A DNA stretch of 64,000 nt from an uncultured Acidobacteriota bacterium (GTDB taxonomy: Bacteria > Acidobacteriota > Blastocatellia > RBC074): contig CAWCKY010000007.1 of the NCBI GenBank assembly GCA_963796275.1, positions 832,001 to 896,000 on the forward strand, written 5' to 3'. Positions 43,302-53,631 of the stretch are shown in pieces. Below the pieces are notes generated by a model. That model was given only the letters and a program-made list of their open reading frames with translations, did no database searches and had not been told where the DNA came from. Numbering within the stretch: the stretch's first letter is position 1; each line of letters starts with the position of its first letter. Both the position numbers and the translations under genes were made by a program.

Positions 43302-44873
43302 TTAGTTCTTTGCGGAAACCTTAACGTTCCGTACAACCTGCCAGTCTCCCGACGGCTCCAACTGAATATTACCTATTCTGCCGTTATGAACTACAACTGT
43401 TGCAGGGTACCAGAGATAGATATGTGGTAAGTCGAGAGAGAGCTGTTTCTGTACTTGTGAGAATAATTGCTTCTGCTGATCGCGAGGCGCAGTCTGCGCT
43501 TCACTGAGGAGTTTATCGATGACCGGATTATTGTATCGCGAGCGGTTCTGGCCATTCGGAGGGATCGATTGTGAACCATAGGCGAATTTGAAAAAATCGG
43601 TGCTCTGATTGCCGCCCACATATATGTTCAGATAGAGTTGAAAATTGCCTTTGTTCATATCCTCGTTGAGTTTTTGGCGCTCTAGCGGCTGTAAATCCAG
43701 GGCTATTCCTACTCTGCGAAACTGCTCCTGTAGCGTCTCGCCGATTTTTCGAGAGATCGATATGGTCGAGGTTTTAAGGCTCAGATTTATTCTGGGCTGG
43801 CCGGACTTTTCCTGGTGACCGGCTTCGTCGAGCAATTTCCTGGCGCGATCCGGGTTGTAAGGGTATTTTTCGATATCCGGTTCATAAGCCCACTGGCTCG
43901 CCGGCAATATGCTGTAAGCGGGACGCGCCTGTTGACGCAGCACATCGCGGATGATCGCGTCGCGGTCGATGGCGAACGCCAACGCCTGCCTGACTCGCCG
44001 ATCCTGTAAGACCGGGTCTTGCAGATTGAGACCTAGATGCGTAACGTTCGTGCCATTGGTGACATCTACGTTGAGTCCTTCTGCATTTCGTAGACTCTCC
44101 ACTGTTATCGGATCGAAGTCTGCATTGATGGCCAGGTCAACCGAGCCTTTGCGAAGTTCGCTCTCCCGGGTGCTGTTGTCAGGGATAATCTTTACCCTCA
44201 ACCTCGCAACCTCCGGTGCGCCTTCGAAGTAATCCTGGTTCGCGGTGAGAGTAACATCCTGGTCTTCGGTGAAACTATCGAATTTGAATGGGCCCGTCCC
44301 AACCGGTCGCTCGGCCTGCTGAGCGGAAGTGCCTTCCGGAATAATCCCGATCGGGACGATGGCGTTAGCGAATCCCGGAAATGGAGAGTTGAAATGGAAT
44401 ATGACGGTCAACGGATCTTTGACCTCGATCGCCGATAGTGTGCTGATAAATTCAGCCTTTTTATCGGACCTGAAGTCACCGGCCATCATCGTTTCGAATG
44501 TGTATTTAACGTCGAGCGCAGAGACCGGGCTCTTATCGTGGAACTTGACCCCGGGTCTTAGATAGAACGTGAAAGTTTTAAAGTCTGGAGATGACTCGAA
44601 CCGCTCGGCCAGATCCGGCACAGGGTCGAAGGTTTCGTTCTTACGTGTAAGCCCATTGAAGATGAGCTGGCGCAGGCGTTCATTGGCAGAATCCGAACTC
44701 ACGCGCGGATCGAGCGTGCTGATGCGCTTCTCAATCATCATCACGAGTTCATCGGGATCGCTTCCTCCGCGGCAGCTCGCGAATGTGGCCGATGTGACGA
44801 GGAGACAAGCAATTGCGATGATGAGATACGGAGAAGGGAAGAGACCGGAAAGTAGAGCTCCAGGTTTCATCAT
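43302..44873 (-). CDS. ABC transporter substrate-binding protein, family 5 (peptide/nickel), probable lipoprotein
   Basis: [38 protein letters not shown]; FASC lipobox-like. No permease genes adjacent. Confidence 0.9.
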   Translation of the reverse strand: MMKPGALLSGLFPSPYLIIAIACLLVTSATFASCRGGSDPDELVMMIEKRISTLDPRVSSDSANERLRQLIFNGLTRKNETFDPVPDLAERFESSPDFKTFTFYLRPGVKFHDKSPVSALDVKYTFETMMAGDFRSDKKAEFISTLSAIEVKDPLTVIFHFNSPFPGFANAIVPIGIIPEGTSAQQAERPVGTGPFKFDSFTEDQDVTLTANQDYFEGAPEVARLRVKIIPDNSTRESELRKGSVDLAINADFDPITVESLRNAEGLNVDVTNGTNVTHLGLNLQDPVLQDRRVRQALAFAIDRDAIIRDVLRQQARPAYSILPASQWAYEPDIEKYPYNPDRARKLLDEAGHQEKSGQPRINLSLKTSTISISRKIGETLQEQFRRVGIALDLQPLERQKLNEDMNKGNFQLYLNIYVGGNQSTDFFKFAYGSQSIPPNGQNRSRYNNPVIDKLLSEAQTAPRDQQKQLFSQVQKQLSLDLPHIYLWYPATVVVHNGRIGNIQLEPSGDWQVVRNVKVSAKN

Positions 44874-44879
44874 ATCTGT

Positions 44880-45269
44880 TTATTTGGGCTTCTGATCGCG
44901 TTTGGCATCCTGTTCCTGGTTCCACTTGTCATAGAGCACCTGTTGCTCCGGTGATAGGAGGGTGCGTATACGGTCCCGGCATTGGACGCGGATGGCGGTG
45001 AATTGTGGTTTGATCTGTGTCCGCAATTCCTGTTGTTGGCGGCGGCTGTCATCGAGCATCTGTTCAATCTGTGCGCGTTGATCGGCGCTGAGTCCCATCG
45101 CGCTGGTCATCTCGTCTAGCGTGTTCTGGGGCGATGCCGACTGGTTGATCAGAGGTTGCTTGGACAGAAGATAGTGTCCGGATGCGCCGACTACCGTTCC
45201 GAACAGAAACGTGGCGATAATGATCAGTTGGGCTTTCCTTCTATTTGTGAGCATCGCTTGCTGCCTCAT
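44880..45269 (-). CDS. Spy/CpxP/ZraP-like periplasmic helical protein
   Basis: N-terminal TM; LSADQRAQI and LLSPEQQ (LTxxQ-type) motifs. Confidence 0.7.
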   Translation of the reverse strand: MRQQAMLTNRRKAQLIIIATFLFGTVVGASGHYLLSKQPLINQSASPQNTLDEMTSAMGLSADQRAQIEQMLDDSRRQQQELRTQIKPQFTAIRVQCRDRIRTLLSPEQQVLYDKWNQEQDAKRDQKPK

Positions 45270-45300
45270 CCATTTCAGGTGTAGATCCGATTGTAACGTT

Positions 45301-45741
45301 TTACCGGACGCTGCTGACGCTGCTGATGAAATCTTCGCTGATGTTCGTCAGCGAAGTGGCATCGTCGATCGGATCGGGCGCGTTCGAGAGAGTCCCATGA
45401 ACGGACATTGTAAGGAGCAGAATCGCGGCCGCACCGAACGCGATGATCCACCCGCGCAAGGCCAGGACGGCCGACTCCCAAGAGCCCACGCCTTGATCGC
45501 TCAATTCGCGAATGCGGGCTCTGATGCGTGACATCAAATAGGGGGTCTCCCCTGCTTGTTCCTTATCCGATGAGGCATAAGCGTTCAGAAGAGCAGCTGT
45601 CAGGCGCTCCATCGCCATGGCTTTGCGGCAATCCTCGCAGAGCGTGACGTGAGCCATGACCTTATCGGGGATGGCATGATCGTTTCGATGATTGTATTTG
45701 ATCAGTTTTCTAATCTCTGTACAGTTCATGTGCTCTTTCAC
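45301..45741 (-). CDS. Putative zinc-binding anti-sigma factor
   Basis: MNCTEIR..HVTLCEDC (HxxxCxxC) plus one TM helix; overlaps the sigma gene. Confidence 0.8.
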   Translation of the reverse strand: MKEHMNCTEIRKLIKYNHRNDHAIPDKVMAHVTLCEDCRKAMAMERLTAALLNAYASSDKEQAGETPYLMSRIRARIRELSDQGVGSWESAVLALRGWIIAFGAAAILLLTMSVHGTLSNAPDPIDDATSLTNISEDFISSVSSVR

Positions 45742-46498
45742 CTTTGGCTTTATTCTCCTTGCGTTTTTCCATCAAGGTTAGCCTCGTAAGAGCTCGACGC
45801 ATAGCGTGGCGGGCGCGAAAGGCGCGAATCTTGACCTTCGCTTCCGACCACCCGAGCATTTGGGCAATTTCTTTAACCGTGTTGTCCTCGCCGTGCAGGA
45901 GGACCAGAATCATGCGGTCTTCAACCGAGAGTTTTAGAAGAAGTTTCTGCGTTATCTCAGAAGCACGCCCTCTCTCGGCCTCATTGAAGTGTATCTCGAA
46001 GGAACTTCCGGCGAGCTTAGTTTCGAGCCAGGTCTCTTCGTCTTCTGATAGCTCGGTGATCAGCGATTCGCTGCGTTTTTTTCGCCGCCTAAGCTCGTCG
46101 TAACAGTTGTTGACGGCAATCTTGGCCAGCCATTGCTCGAAAGAGGCGCCGCGGCGATAACTTGAAAGTGAAAAGAACGCCTTGGCGAATGTCTCTTGAA
46201 CAATATCTTCAGCGGTCTCCGGGCTGCGAAAGAAGTGGCGAGCTATCGAAAACACTCTCCGGTTGTGCCGCCTTACCAGGATTTCGAAAGCTGATTGCTC
46301 CCCATTAAGCGTCATCTCGATCAGAGAATCGTCGGGCATCTCCGCGAGCGACTCTGCCACGGCGAATCCTATTGTAGATTTGTCCTGCAGCAGACCATCG
46401 AATGTCGCGCTGGCAGCTGGAGAATCAGATAATGTCACGCTCGTTACCCTGCCCTGGAAACCTTGTTTCGATGTCGAAACAATTTCTTGCTTCTGCAA
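45710..46498 (-). CDS. ECF RNA polymerase sigma factor
   Basis: AFEILVRRH, AEDIVQETF, FEQWLAKIAVN, EIAQMLGWSEAKVKIRAFRAR. Start uncertain (46498, 46360 or 46339). Confidence 0.9.
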   Translation of the reverse strand: MQKQEIVSTSKQGFQGRVTSVTLSDSPAASATFDGLLQDKSTIGFAVAESLAEMPDDSLIEMTLNGEQSAFEILVRRHNRRVFSIARHFFRSPETAEDIVQETFAKAFFSLSSYRRGASFEQWLAKIAVNNCYDELRRRKKRSESLITELSEDEETWLETKLAGSSFEIHFNEAERGRASEITQKLLLKLSVEDRMILVLLHGEDNTVKEIAQMLGWSEAKVKIRAFRARHAMRRALTRLTLMEKRKENKAKGERAHELYRD

Positions 46499-46606
46499 GA
46501 GTTAATATGTTAATGTACATCGAGAGTTTACGCCAGAACAATGGCTAAATGGAAGGAGAAAATGGAAGAAGAGAGCCGAAGTGACGGGAGAAATGAAGGA
46601 AAGAAT

Positions 46607-47044
46607 ATGAAATCCCAGCGCGCGGGTTTGGTCCAAAGTGATCCAGTAATCAATGTTGCTGAGTTGGGACAATATATTAAACGAAAAAGAGAAACTGAGC
46701 GGCTCTCCTTGAGGGCAGTGGCAAAATTGACACAGGTAAGCGCTTCTACCCTTTCCCGTATAGAAAATGGTACGGGAGTTCCCGATACACCTACATTGGC
46801 ACGAATCGCCAGGTGGCTCAATGTACCGCTGGAGCGAGTAGTTACGGGAAAGTCCTCTTCAGAAGATCCGGTTGTCTACTATCCTCAAGAATCCGTTCCG
46901 GATATAGTGGAGGCTCATTTGAGAGCCGATCCGAACCTCACACCTGAAACCGCGAGAGCCTTAGCCGAGCTCTTTCGTGTCGCTTACAACCAGTTCAGCC
47001 CAAAGAATATCCTTGAGGATGACCGGGAAAGTATCAAAGTTTAA
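46607..47044 (+). CDS. XRE-family HTH transcriptional regulator
   Basis: LSLRAVAKLTQVSASTLSRIENG; C-terminal VEAHLRADPNLTPETARALAELFRVAY domain. Start 46607 or 46541. Confidence 0.88.
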   Translation: MKSQRAGLVQSDPVINVAELGQYIKRKRETERLSLRAVAKLTQVSASTLSRIENGTGVPDTPTLARIARWLNVPLERVVTGKSSSEDPVVYYPQESVPDIVEAHLRADPNLTPETARALAELFRVAYNQFSPKNILEDDRESIKV

Positions 47045-47606
47045 TGTTGTTGAACATGATTTGTTGCCGCCCGTAAGCCATAAGTTCAGGGATGTCGAAC
47101 GGAAAGCTATCGGGGTTAGACAATTTGCCGGCATTGGAGCTTTGGTCCGTCTCGACCCATATGAACTGGCAGCGCTCCTCAATCTGAGAGTAGTAGCTCT
47201 TGCTGATCTCGATCAGTTACCCAAACAAACAAGAGAGCATCTGGCGCAGTCCGATGAATGGTCGGCGGGGACTACTGGGATGCTTCCCGATGGATCGAGA
47301 GTAATAGTTATCAATGAAAAGCAGAGCGCGGGCAGACGGGCGGCGACGTTGATGGAGGAGATTTGCCATACTCTGCTGGGTCACGATCCCAGTTCGATCT
47401 TCGGAAGTGGTTCTGGTGGTCGCAGTTATGATATTTCGGTTGAGGAAGAGGCTTATGCGGTAGGGGCCGCGGCATTGGTGCCGTATCGCGCGTTGACCGA
47501 GTATTTATCCAGAGGCTATACGGTCGATCAAATCTCAAGACGTTACGGTGTGTCTAAGGCGCTGGTTGAATACCGGATGCGTGTTTTGGGTCTTTGGGTT
47601 GAATAG
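47019..47606 (+). CDS. ImmA/IrrE-family metallopeptidase with EExxH variant motif
   Basis: VIVINEKQSAGRRAATLMEEICHTLLGH, EEEAYAVGAAALVP, C-terminal HTH-like YGVSKALVEYR; overlaps the XRE stop. Confidence 0.85.
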   Translation: MTGKVSKFNVVEHDLLPPVSHKFRDVERKAIGVRQFAGIGALVRLDPYELAALLNLRVVALADLDQLPKQTREHLAQSDEWSAGTTGMLPDGSRVIVINEKQSAGRRAATLMEEICHTLLGHDPSSIFGSGSGGRSYDISVEEEAYAVGAAALVPYRALTEYLSRGYTVDQISRRYGVSKALVEYRMRVLGLWVE

Positions 47607-47625
47607 TTTTTGGTGCTAATAAACT

Positions 47626-47713
47626 GGGATACAGGATTGTCAGAATATTTCAGGATTTAATTCGTCCCCCGTAAATCGCGAATCTGAAATATCCCGACAA
47701 TCTTGTCTATCCC
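47626..47713. repeat. ~32-bp imperfect inverted repeat with internal CAG(G/A)AT units, between convergent genes
   Basis: GGGATACAGGATTGTCAGAATATTTCAGGATT pairs with AATCTGAAATATCCCGACAATCTTGTCTATCCC. Confidence 0.78.
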
Positions 47714-47735
47714 TTTTCGTTTTCTGTGTGTTGTC

Positions 47736-50700
47736 CTACCAATCGAGGCGCATTCCGAACTGGCCTATCCGATTGCCCGATGCGCGGGTGATGTTGCCGA
47801 AAGCGCTATCATTCATATTCATAATCGGGGCAGCGAAGTTGTGGCGGTTGAAGAGATTCAACAGTTCAATCCGGAACTGCAGACCAACTCCCTCACGAAT
47901 GGAGAACCGCTTTATCAGTGACGCATCCTCGCTGAACGTCGACAGCATGCGGACCTGCGGGAACCTATTGGGAGACGTTCCGAGCGAGTTCGGATTGGCA
48001 TCGGTGAACGCACTTCTGTCGAAGAATCGATTGCCCGCATCGTTCGGGTTCGAAGGGTTGAAAGTGTCAGGATTGAATATTCGTTTGAACCCTCCCGAAG
48101 GAGTATTGAAATTCGCCCAGACGGCGGGCCCATTCCAAAAGTTTGGGCTCACTCGCGAGTTCGGGTGGCCGAGCGGCGTACCGCTGGAGTAATTCAGGAT
48201 GGCCGAGACCGTCCATCCGCCGACCACCGCATTCACCACACGATTGGTTCCGTTGAGCAGCGTTTTACCTTTACCCGCCGGCAGCTCCCACGTGAGCGCG
48301 GACTTCAAGATGTGCGTGCGATCGAACGGGGAGATACTCTTATAGAGCGTGCGATTGTAGGTGTCCTGAATGCCGCCGCTGTTGCCGCCGACATTGAGAT
48401 CGGTCACGTTCGTGATTCCCTTGCTGAAGGTGTAGGCGCCGTAGAGGTAGTAGCCTTTCGCCATTCGCTTGGTGGCGATGATGTTCAGAGAATGATATGT
48501 GCTGAACCCGACGGGATCTCCGTAACTGTTCAATCCACGGCCGCCGAGTTGCGGGAACGGCAAAAGGGTATACGCGCCCAGACCGCTGAAGCCGGGATAC
48601 GGATAAGGTAGGCCGGCAGCGGCAGCCTGCTCCGGCGAGCTGATCACCTGCGTCAGCACGGAGCCGCGCGAGAGCTCTTTCGGATCGATCTGATTCGGGA
48701 TAACGTTAGGGCCGGAATGGAGCCGCGTGCCTTTGCTGCTTCTCCAATCGATCTCCAGCATCAGGTTTTCATTGATCTCCGATTGGATGCCGAAGTTGAA
48801 GCTCTGCACATAGCCCGATCTTACGTAGCCCGGCGAGAACGTGCGGACGCCGCCGAATCTGGTGGCGAAAGACGGATCCAGATTCACAGGTTGCGTCTGG
48901 CCCGGGTAACCATCATCGATATTGAAGACCGGCAGAAAGGGTAGGAGGTTGCTGGCCGGCAGGGAGTTGGTCTGTCGGAATCCCGCGAAATCAGCGAAGT
49001 CCCAACCGAAGGCTTCCGGTGTATACGATATACCATACCCGCCACGCGCCACGACGCGATCCGTCACCCGATATGCGAATCCGAACGTAGGCCCGAAGTC
49101 TTTCCAGTTTCCATCGTAGAGCGTGCGCCTGCCTGCGCGGCCGGGTCCCGATCCCATATACTCTACTGCGCCCAGGAGATTGCCGAAGTTGGGATCGCGG
49201 AGTGTGGGGTTGAAGTGCGCCAGCCGGTCTTCTTCCTCATGTATAGGCGAATTCCCGCTCCATCGCAGGCCATAGTTGAGCGTCAGCCGGTTGTTTACCT
49301 TCCAGGTATCCTGAACGAAGATGGCGCCGTAGCTGCGATAGGCAGTCGGGTTGAGGATGGGAGTGACACTGGCGCTGTCTACCAGCCCGAGCAGGAAGCT
49401 GGCGAAACTGTTCCCCACCTGCGAATTGAAGGACTCTCCCGGTAGGCCGGTCGTCCGGGCGGCGAAGTTGAAGGTTCCCCCTGAGTTATCAAACCGGAAT
49501 GACTGGTAGCGCAGGTTATTGTACTCGAAGCCGATCTTGATGTTGTGCGTCCCGCGTTGGTAACTGAAGGTGTCGCTGACGATGATGCCGCGATATTTCT
49601 CATCTCGATTGGCATCGTGATTCCAGGACTCGAAGGTCGCCACCGGCGAGCCGCCCAGGTTGATCAAGGGACGCGTCCACTCCGCCTCCGGCTGATCGAG
49701 CCCCACCCCGGTGATGCCGAACTGGTCGGCGAAACTCTTGCCCACTTGACGGCTGCGAAAAGCGTTGAAGTTGTTGTTTATGCCAAAAGATGCGTGGTTG
49801 AGCATGGTGGAACTCACGATCCAGTCATAACTGACGTTCCAATTATATCCGCGGCGCTCCTGTCGAATGGCTCGTGATAGCGGGCCGCCCATCTCAGGGT
49901 CCTTCAGTGACCATACCTGCCTGAATTGCCCCTCCTGAAAGTTTCGTGGCAGACCGTGCTTGTAGTAGTTGCCCGAGACCTTATGGTTGGTGGAAAACGA
50001 ATGATCAGCTTTCAGCGTGTAATGCCTCACGTTCTGAAAACCGTAGCGAGTATCATACAGATTATTGTTGAGGTCGCCGTTGACCGGCGGGTAATATTCG
50101 TTGAAGATGCCGGCGAAATTGCGGGCGACATTAGAGATGAGGTCCGGCGGGATGATGTTGTTCGCGAAGGGATCGGCTACAAAGCCGGTCTTGATCGCCG
50201 TGCGCCCGGTCAATGGGTCCAGCTCTCCGGCGGTCACGTTACGCGTCGTCCTCGGATCGTAAATCTGTCCTTCAAAGACCGGACGTCCGACAGCGTCCAT
50301 GGCCGGACGCCCCTGATCGTCCGTAATTTGTCTTCCAGTGAGCAACTTTCTGAGATCGCCATCCCACATCTCGGGTTGAGGCACGGACCGCGTGAGCGTT
50401 CCCGGTCCACTTGTATTGGTTTTGAATCGTTCGAGAGTGAAGTAGAAGAAACTCTTATTGCGGCCGTCATAGATTTTGGGGATATAAACCGGCCCACCTC
50501 CGGAGAACCCCCAGTCGTTGCGCCGGTCCTTGGACCGGACGAAATCGGCGGTGCGCGGCTGGATGAAGTTTGGATCGGCCGCTAGCAGTCGATTGTTGTT
50601 CCAATCGTTGGCGTTCAGCGCCTCGTTTCGCAGGAAGTAGAAGACGCTTCCGTGGGGTTGGTTGGACCCGGACTTCAGGGTGAAGTTTAGTGTTCCGCCA

Positions 50701-51440
50701 CCCTGACGCCCATGTTCAGCCGAGACGTTGCCTGTGTAAACATTCAATTCTTGAATCGCCTCCGGCGAAATGCTCGCCTCGGCGAAATCGCCGGGGAGAA
50801 ATCCGGCCAGGTTTGTCATGCCGTCGATGAGGATGCCCTGGCTCGCGCCGGGCGTTCCCTGGATATTCATGGTATAGCCAGCTCCATTGACGCCGGGGAC
50901 CAGCCTGTCGGCAAACACCGCCATATTGCGCCCACCGCCGAAGTTGAGCGGTAAATCCGCAAAAACGTGTGAACTCACGCTCGCCGAGGCCTGCGATGAC
51001 TCAGTCTGCAGAAGAGAGGCATCGCCGGTGACGGTCACGTTTTCCGACACATCGCCGATCTCGAAAGTTGGATCTATGCGAGCGATCTGGCTCGCGGTCA
51101 GTATCACGCCTTCGCGTATGATCCCTTTGAAACCGGTAACCTGAAAAGATATCTTGTACTCGCCAACAGGGAGCGCGCCGAGAGTATAGATGCCCTCATC
51201 ATTCGTCGTTGTCCTGTGACTCAAGCCGGTTGCAGTGCCGACAGCCGTAACTGAGACTCCAGATATGACCGAACCCGCCGGGTCGCGAACTATGCCTGTG
51301 AGCGTTGCGCGGCCTACCTGTCCGAAAACTGAAGAAGCGGTCAAAAGCAGCGTGAAGATAGCGCATATCATCCGGGAGAAGATAGTCAAGGGAATCGGTT
51401 GATTTGTAAGCATGCTTAATAGACTCCATTTCTGCACCAC
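47736..51440 (-). CDS. TonB-dependent receptor, Oar-like
   Basis: SPEAIQE, LKSGSNQPHGS, FVQDTWKV, C-terminal RIGQFGMRLDW. Confidence 0.92.
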   Translation of the reverse strand: MVQKWSLLSMLTNQPIPLTIFSRMICAIFTLLLTASSVFGQVGRATLTGIVRDPAGSVISGVSVTAVGTATGLSHRTTTNDEGIYTLGALPVGEYKISFQVTGFKGIIREGVILTASQIARIDPTFEIGDVSENVTVTGDASLLQTESSQASASVSSHVFADLPLNFGGGRNMAVFADRLVPGVNGAGYTMNIQGTPGASQGILIDGMTNLAGFLPGDFAEASISPEAIQELNVYTGNVSAEHGRQGGGTLNFTLKSGSNQPHGSVFYFLRNEALNANDWNNNRLLAADPNFIQPRTADFVRSKDRRNDWGFSGGGPVYIPKIYDGRNKSFFYFTLERFKTNTSGPGTLTRSVPQPEMWDGDLRKLLTGRQITDDQGRPAMDAVGRPVFEGQIYDPRTTRNVTAGELDPLTGRTAIKTGFVADPFANNIIPPDLISNVARNFAGIFNEYYPPVNGDLNNNLYDTRYGFQNVRHYTLKADHSFSTNHKVSGNYYKHGLPRNFQEGQFRQVWSLKDPEMGGPLSRAIRQERRGYNWNVSYDWIVSSTMLNHASFGINNNFNAFRSRQVGKSFADQFGITGVGLDQPEAEWTRPLINLGGSPVATFESWNHDANRDEKYRGIIVSDTFSYQRGTHNIKIGFEYNNLRYQSFRFDNSGGTFNFAARTTGLPGESFNSQVGNSFASFLLGLVDSASVTPILNPTAYRSYGAIFVQDTWKVNNRLTLNYGLRWSGNSPIHEEEDRLAHFNPTLRDPNFGNLLGAVEYMGSGPGRAGRRTLYDGNWKDFGPTFGFAYRVTDRVVARGGYGISYTPEAFGWDFADFAGFRQTNSLPASNLLPFLPVFNIDDGYPGQTQPVNLDPSFATRFGGVRTFSPGYVRSGYVQSFNFGIQSEINENLMLEIDWRSSKGTRLHSGPNVIPNQIDPKELSRGSVLTQVISSPEQAAAAGLPYPYPGFSGLGAYTLLPFPQLGGRGLNSYGDPVGFSTYHSLNIIATKRMAKGYYLYGAYTFSKGITNVTDLNVGGNSGGIQDTYNRTLYKSISPFDRTHILKSALTWELPAGKGKTLLNGTNRVVNAVVGGWTVSAILNYSSGTPLGHPNSRVSPNFWNGPAVWANFNTPSGGFKRIFNPDTFNPSNPNDAGNRFFDRSAFTDANPNSLGTSPNRFPQVRMLSTFSEDASLIKRFSIREGVGLQFRIELLNLFNRHNFAAPIMNMNDSAFGNITRASGNRIGQFGMRLDW

Positions 51441-52017
51441 CCCTTTATCACCTAAATAAACCGATAGATCGGCGGCGCTGTGTTATCTAAGCTCGTGGCA
51501 GAATCGTTTACTTCTTCTGAAAGTGAGCGAGGATAAATTGGGCGCTATCTTGATGATGTCCTATGAAAAGGTCAAGTGTTTTTCAGTGGAATCTAACATT
51601 TTTTCTGCTTCGGGCTCCCACTCTAATGCGGTACATACGACGTGTATATAAAATGCATCGCACATACACATGTATCCCATGTATCCCATGAATTGGCGCA
51701 CGAGCTATTAGCACGGGTTTCATCACATTTCTCATGCCATACTCAGAGCGGTATAGCTTCACATTCCTTCAGCACAAGGCTTCGATCATGACTTTCATCG
51801 CCCCACGGTTGTTGCGCTTGCGTTCTGTGAATTCGATCTCCATCTCAAACGATACACCGGCGTATCGAAACCGCGCCGGGCTCAGCGGAGCCAGTTGCAT
51901 AGAGGTGCCAGTGCATTTGTGGCCAATCTCCCCCGCCTGCAGGAATTTTCGATACGCGCAACGGTCATTCTGGCTGCGAGAAATGTCATTCATAGGCGAA
52001 GCCTATCAAATCTCTTA

Positions 52018-52033
52018 TGGCATTAGGCTTGCA
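52018..52033 (+). promoter_or_regulatory. Putative sigma54 (-24/-12) promoter
   Basis: TGGCAT-TAGGC-TTGCA with exact GG-N10-GC spacing, ~300 bp upstream of the oxidoreductase. Confidence 0.55.
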
Positions 52034-52336
52034 TTCCAATGATGGTGAATGAGAATGAACAAGAATGCTGAAAACTTTGCTAGTAGCTATGCCCAGTTGA
52101 CCAAAATATATTCGAGGAGCAGATGTCATGACATACATTTTTAAAGTCATATCTCATAGCAAAGGTGAAGAGGCTGGCAAACTGAGTTGAACCCGGAAAC
52201 CATCATTCAGACATAGTCACAGCGAATATAAAGAAGTATCGCAGCCAAAATTCGGCCGATAGCTATCTGTAAAGGGACAATGCATATGTAATAGTGCGAT
52301 CTATGAATATGAATTGATTTAATCGAGGGTTAGACC

Positions 52337-53479
52337 ATGACAAAGAAGGCAAAGCAACATAACTCATCGCGCGAAAGGCGCAAAATTCGGTATGCCGTCG
52401 TCGGGTTAGGTTATATCTCACAGATTGCAGCATTGCCCGCCTTCGCGCACGCCGCCAAGAATTCAGAATTGAGGGCTCTGGTATCCGATGACGCCGAAAA
52501 ACTAAAGAAGCTTGGCCGTAAGTATCGAGTCGAGCAACTTCATCATTACCACGAGTATGATGATCTGCTGGCGAGCGGCGAGGTAGACGCTGTTTACATC
52601 GGGCTACCAAACCATTTGCACCACGAGTATACCTTGCGTGCGGCGCGCGCTGGCATCCACGTCCTCTGCGAAAAACCGATGGCGGTCACCGTCGAAGAGT
52701 GTGAGGATATGAACCGCGCCTGTAAGGCGAGCGATGTGAAGCTGATGATCGCTTACCGCCTGCACTTCGAGGAGGCGAATCTCAAGGCGATCGAGATCGT
52801 CAATTCGGGCCGGATTGGCGAACCGCGATTCTTCAATTCAGTCTTCACAAATCAGGTTAAAGAGGGAAACATCCGATTGCGCCGCGAGACCGGCGGCGGA
52901 ACGCTTTATGACATCGGCATCTATTGCATTAATGCGGCGCGGTACCTTTTCCGCTCCGAGCCGATTGAAGTCTTCGCCAAAACCGCCAACAACGGCGAAG
53001 AGAGGTTCATGGAGATCGAGGAGATGACCAGCGCCATTATGTATTTCCCGGGCGAGCGGCTGGCCAATTTCACCTGTAGCTTCGGAGCGGCTGATGTGTC
53101 TGCATATAATGTCGTCGGCACTAAAGGCGTATTGTGCGTTGATCCCGCTTATGAATATAGCTCAGGTTTGAAACATGCGCTCACCATCAACGGCAAGACG
53201 CGCGAACGTACTTTCCCGAAACGCGATCAATTCGCGCCCGAACTCCTCTACTTCTCCGACTGCATCCTCAATAATAAAGAGCCGGAGCCGTCGGGAGAGG
53301 AGGGAATCAATGATGTACGCATTATTCGCGCGCTCTATCATTCAATAGAAATGGGCCAACCTGTCCGAATCGGTAAACTTGAAAAGGACGAAAGACCGCA
53401 TCCCGGTCAGGAGATGAAACGGCCAGCAGTGAAAGAGCCGCAACTCGTTCGGGCCGCTACACCATCACGCAGAAGATAG
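52337..53479 (+). CDS. Gfo/Idh/MocA family oxidoreductase (glucose-fructose oxidoreductase-like)
   Basis: YAVVGLGYI, HVLCEKPMA, IAYRLHF, GGGTLYDIGIYC. Confidence 0.92.
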   Translation: MTKKAKQHNSSRERRKIRYAVVGLGYISQIAALPAFAHAAKNSELRALVSDDAEKLKKLGRKYRVEQLHHYHEYDDLLASGEVDAVYIGLPNHLHHEYTLRAARAGIHVLCEKPMAVTVEECEDMNRACKASDVKLMIAYRLHFEEANLKAIEIVNSGRIGEPRFFNSVFTNQVKEGNIRLRRETGGGTLYDIGIYCINAARYLFRSEPIEVFAKTANNGEERFMEIEEMTSAIMYFPGERLANFTCSFGAADVSAYNVVGTKGVLCVDPAYEYSSGLKHALTINGKTRERTFPKRDQFAPELLYFSDCILNNKEPEPSGEEGINDVRIIRALYHSIEMGQPVRIGKLEKDERPHPGQEMKRPAVKEPQLVRAATPSRRR

Positions 53480-53631
53480 AAGAGATAGACCACAAAATTC
53501 ACAATTGGAAGCGCAAGCATTGGAGATTCGAGCAAAGGCCATCCTTAAATAGCTCCGGGTAAATTCGTAAATAACTTCGGTAAATTAGGTAATGATATAC
53601 AGCTGATCGACGTCTCATTTTTCGTCAATCC

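Noticed and set aside
46499-46545. Deinococcus RDRM-like operator upstream of the XRE/IrrE pair
   Set aside because: TTACGCCAGAACAAT does not fit the 17-bp palindrome spacing.
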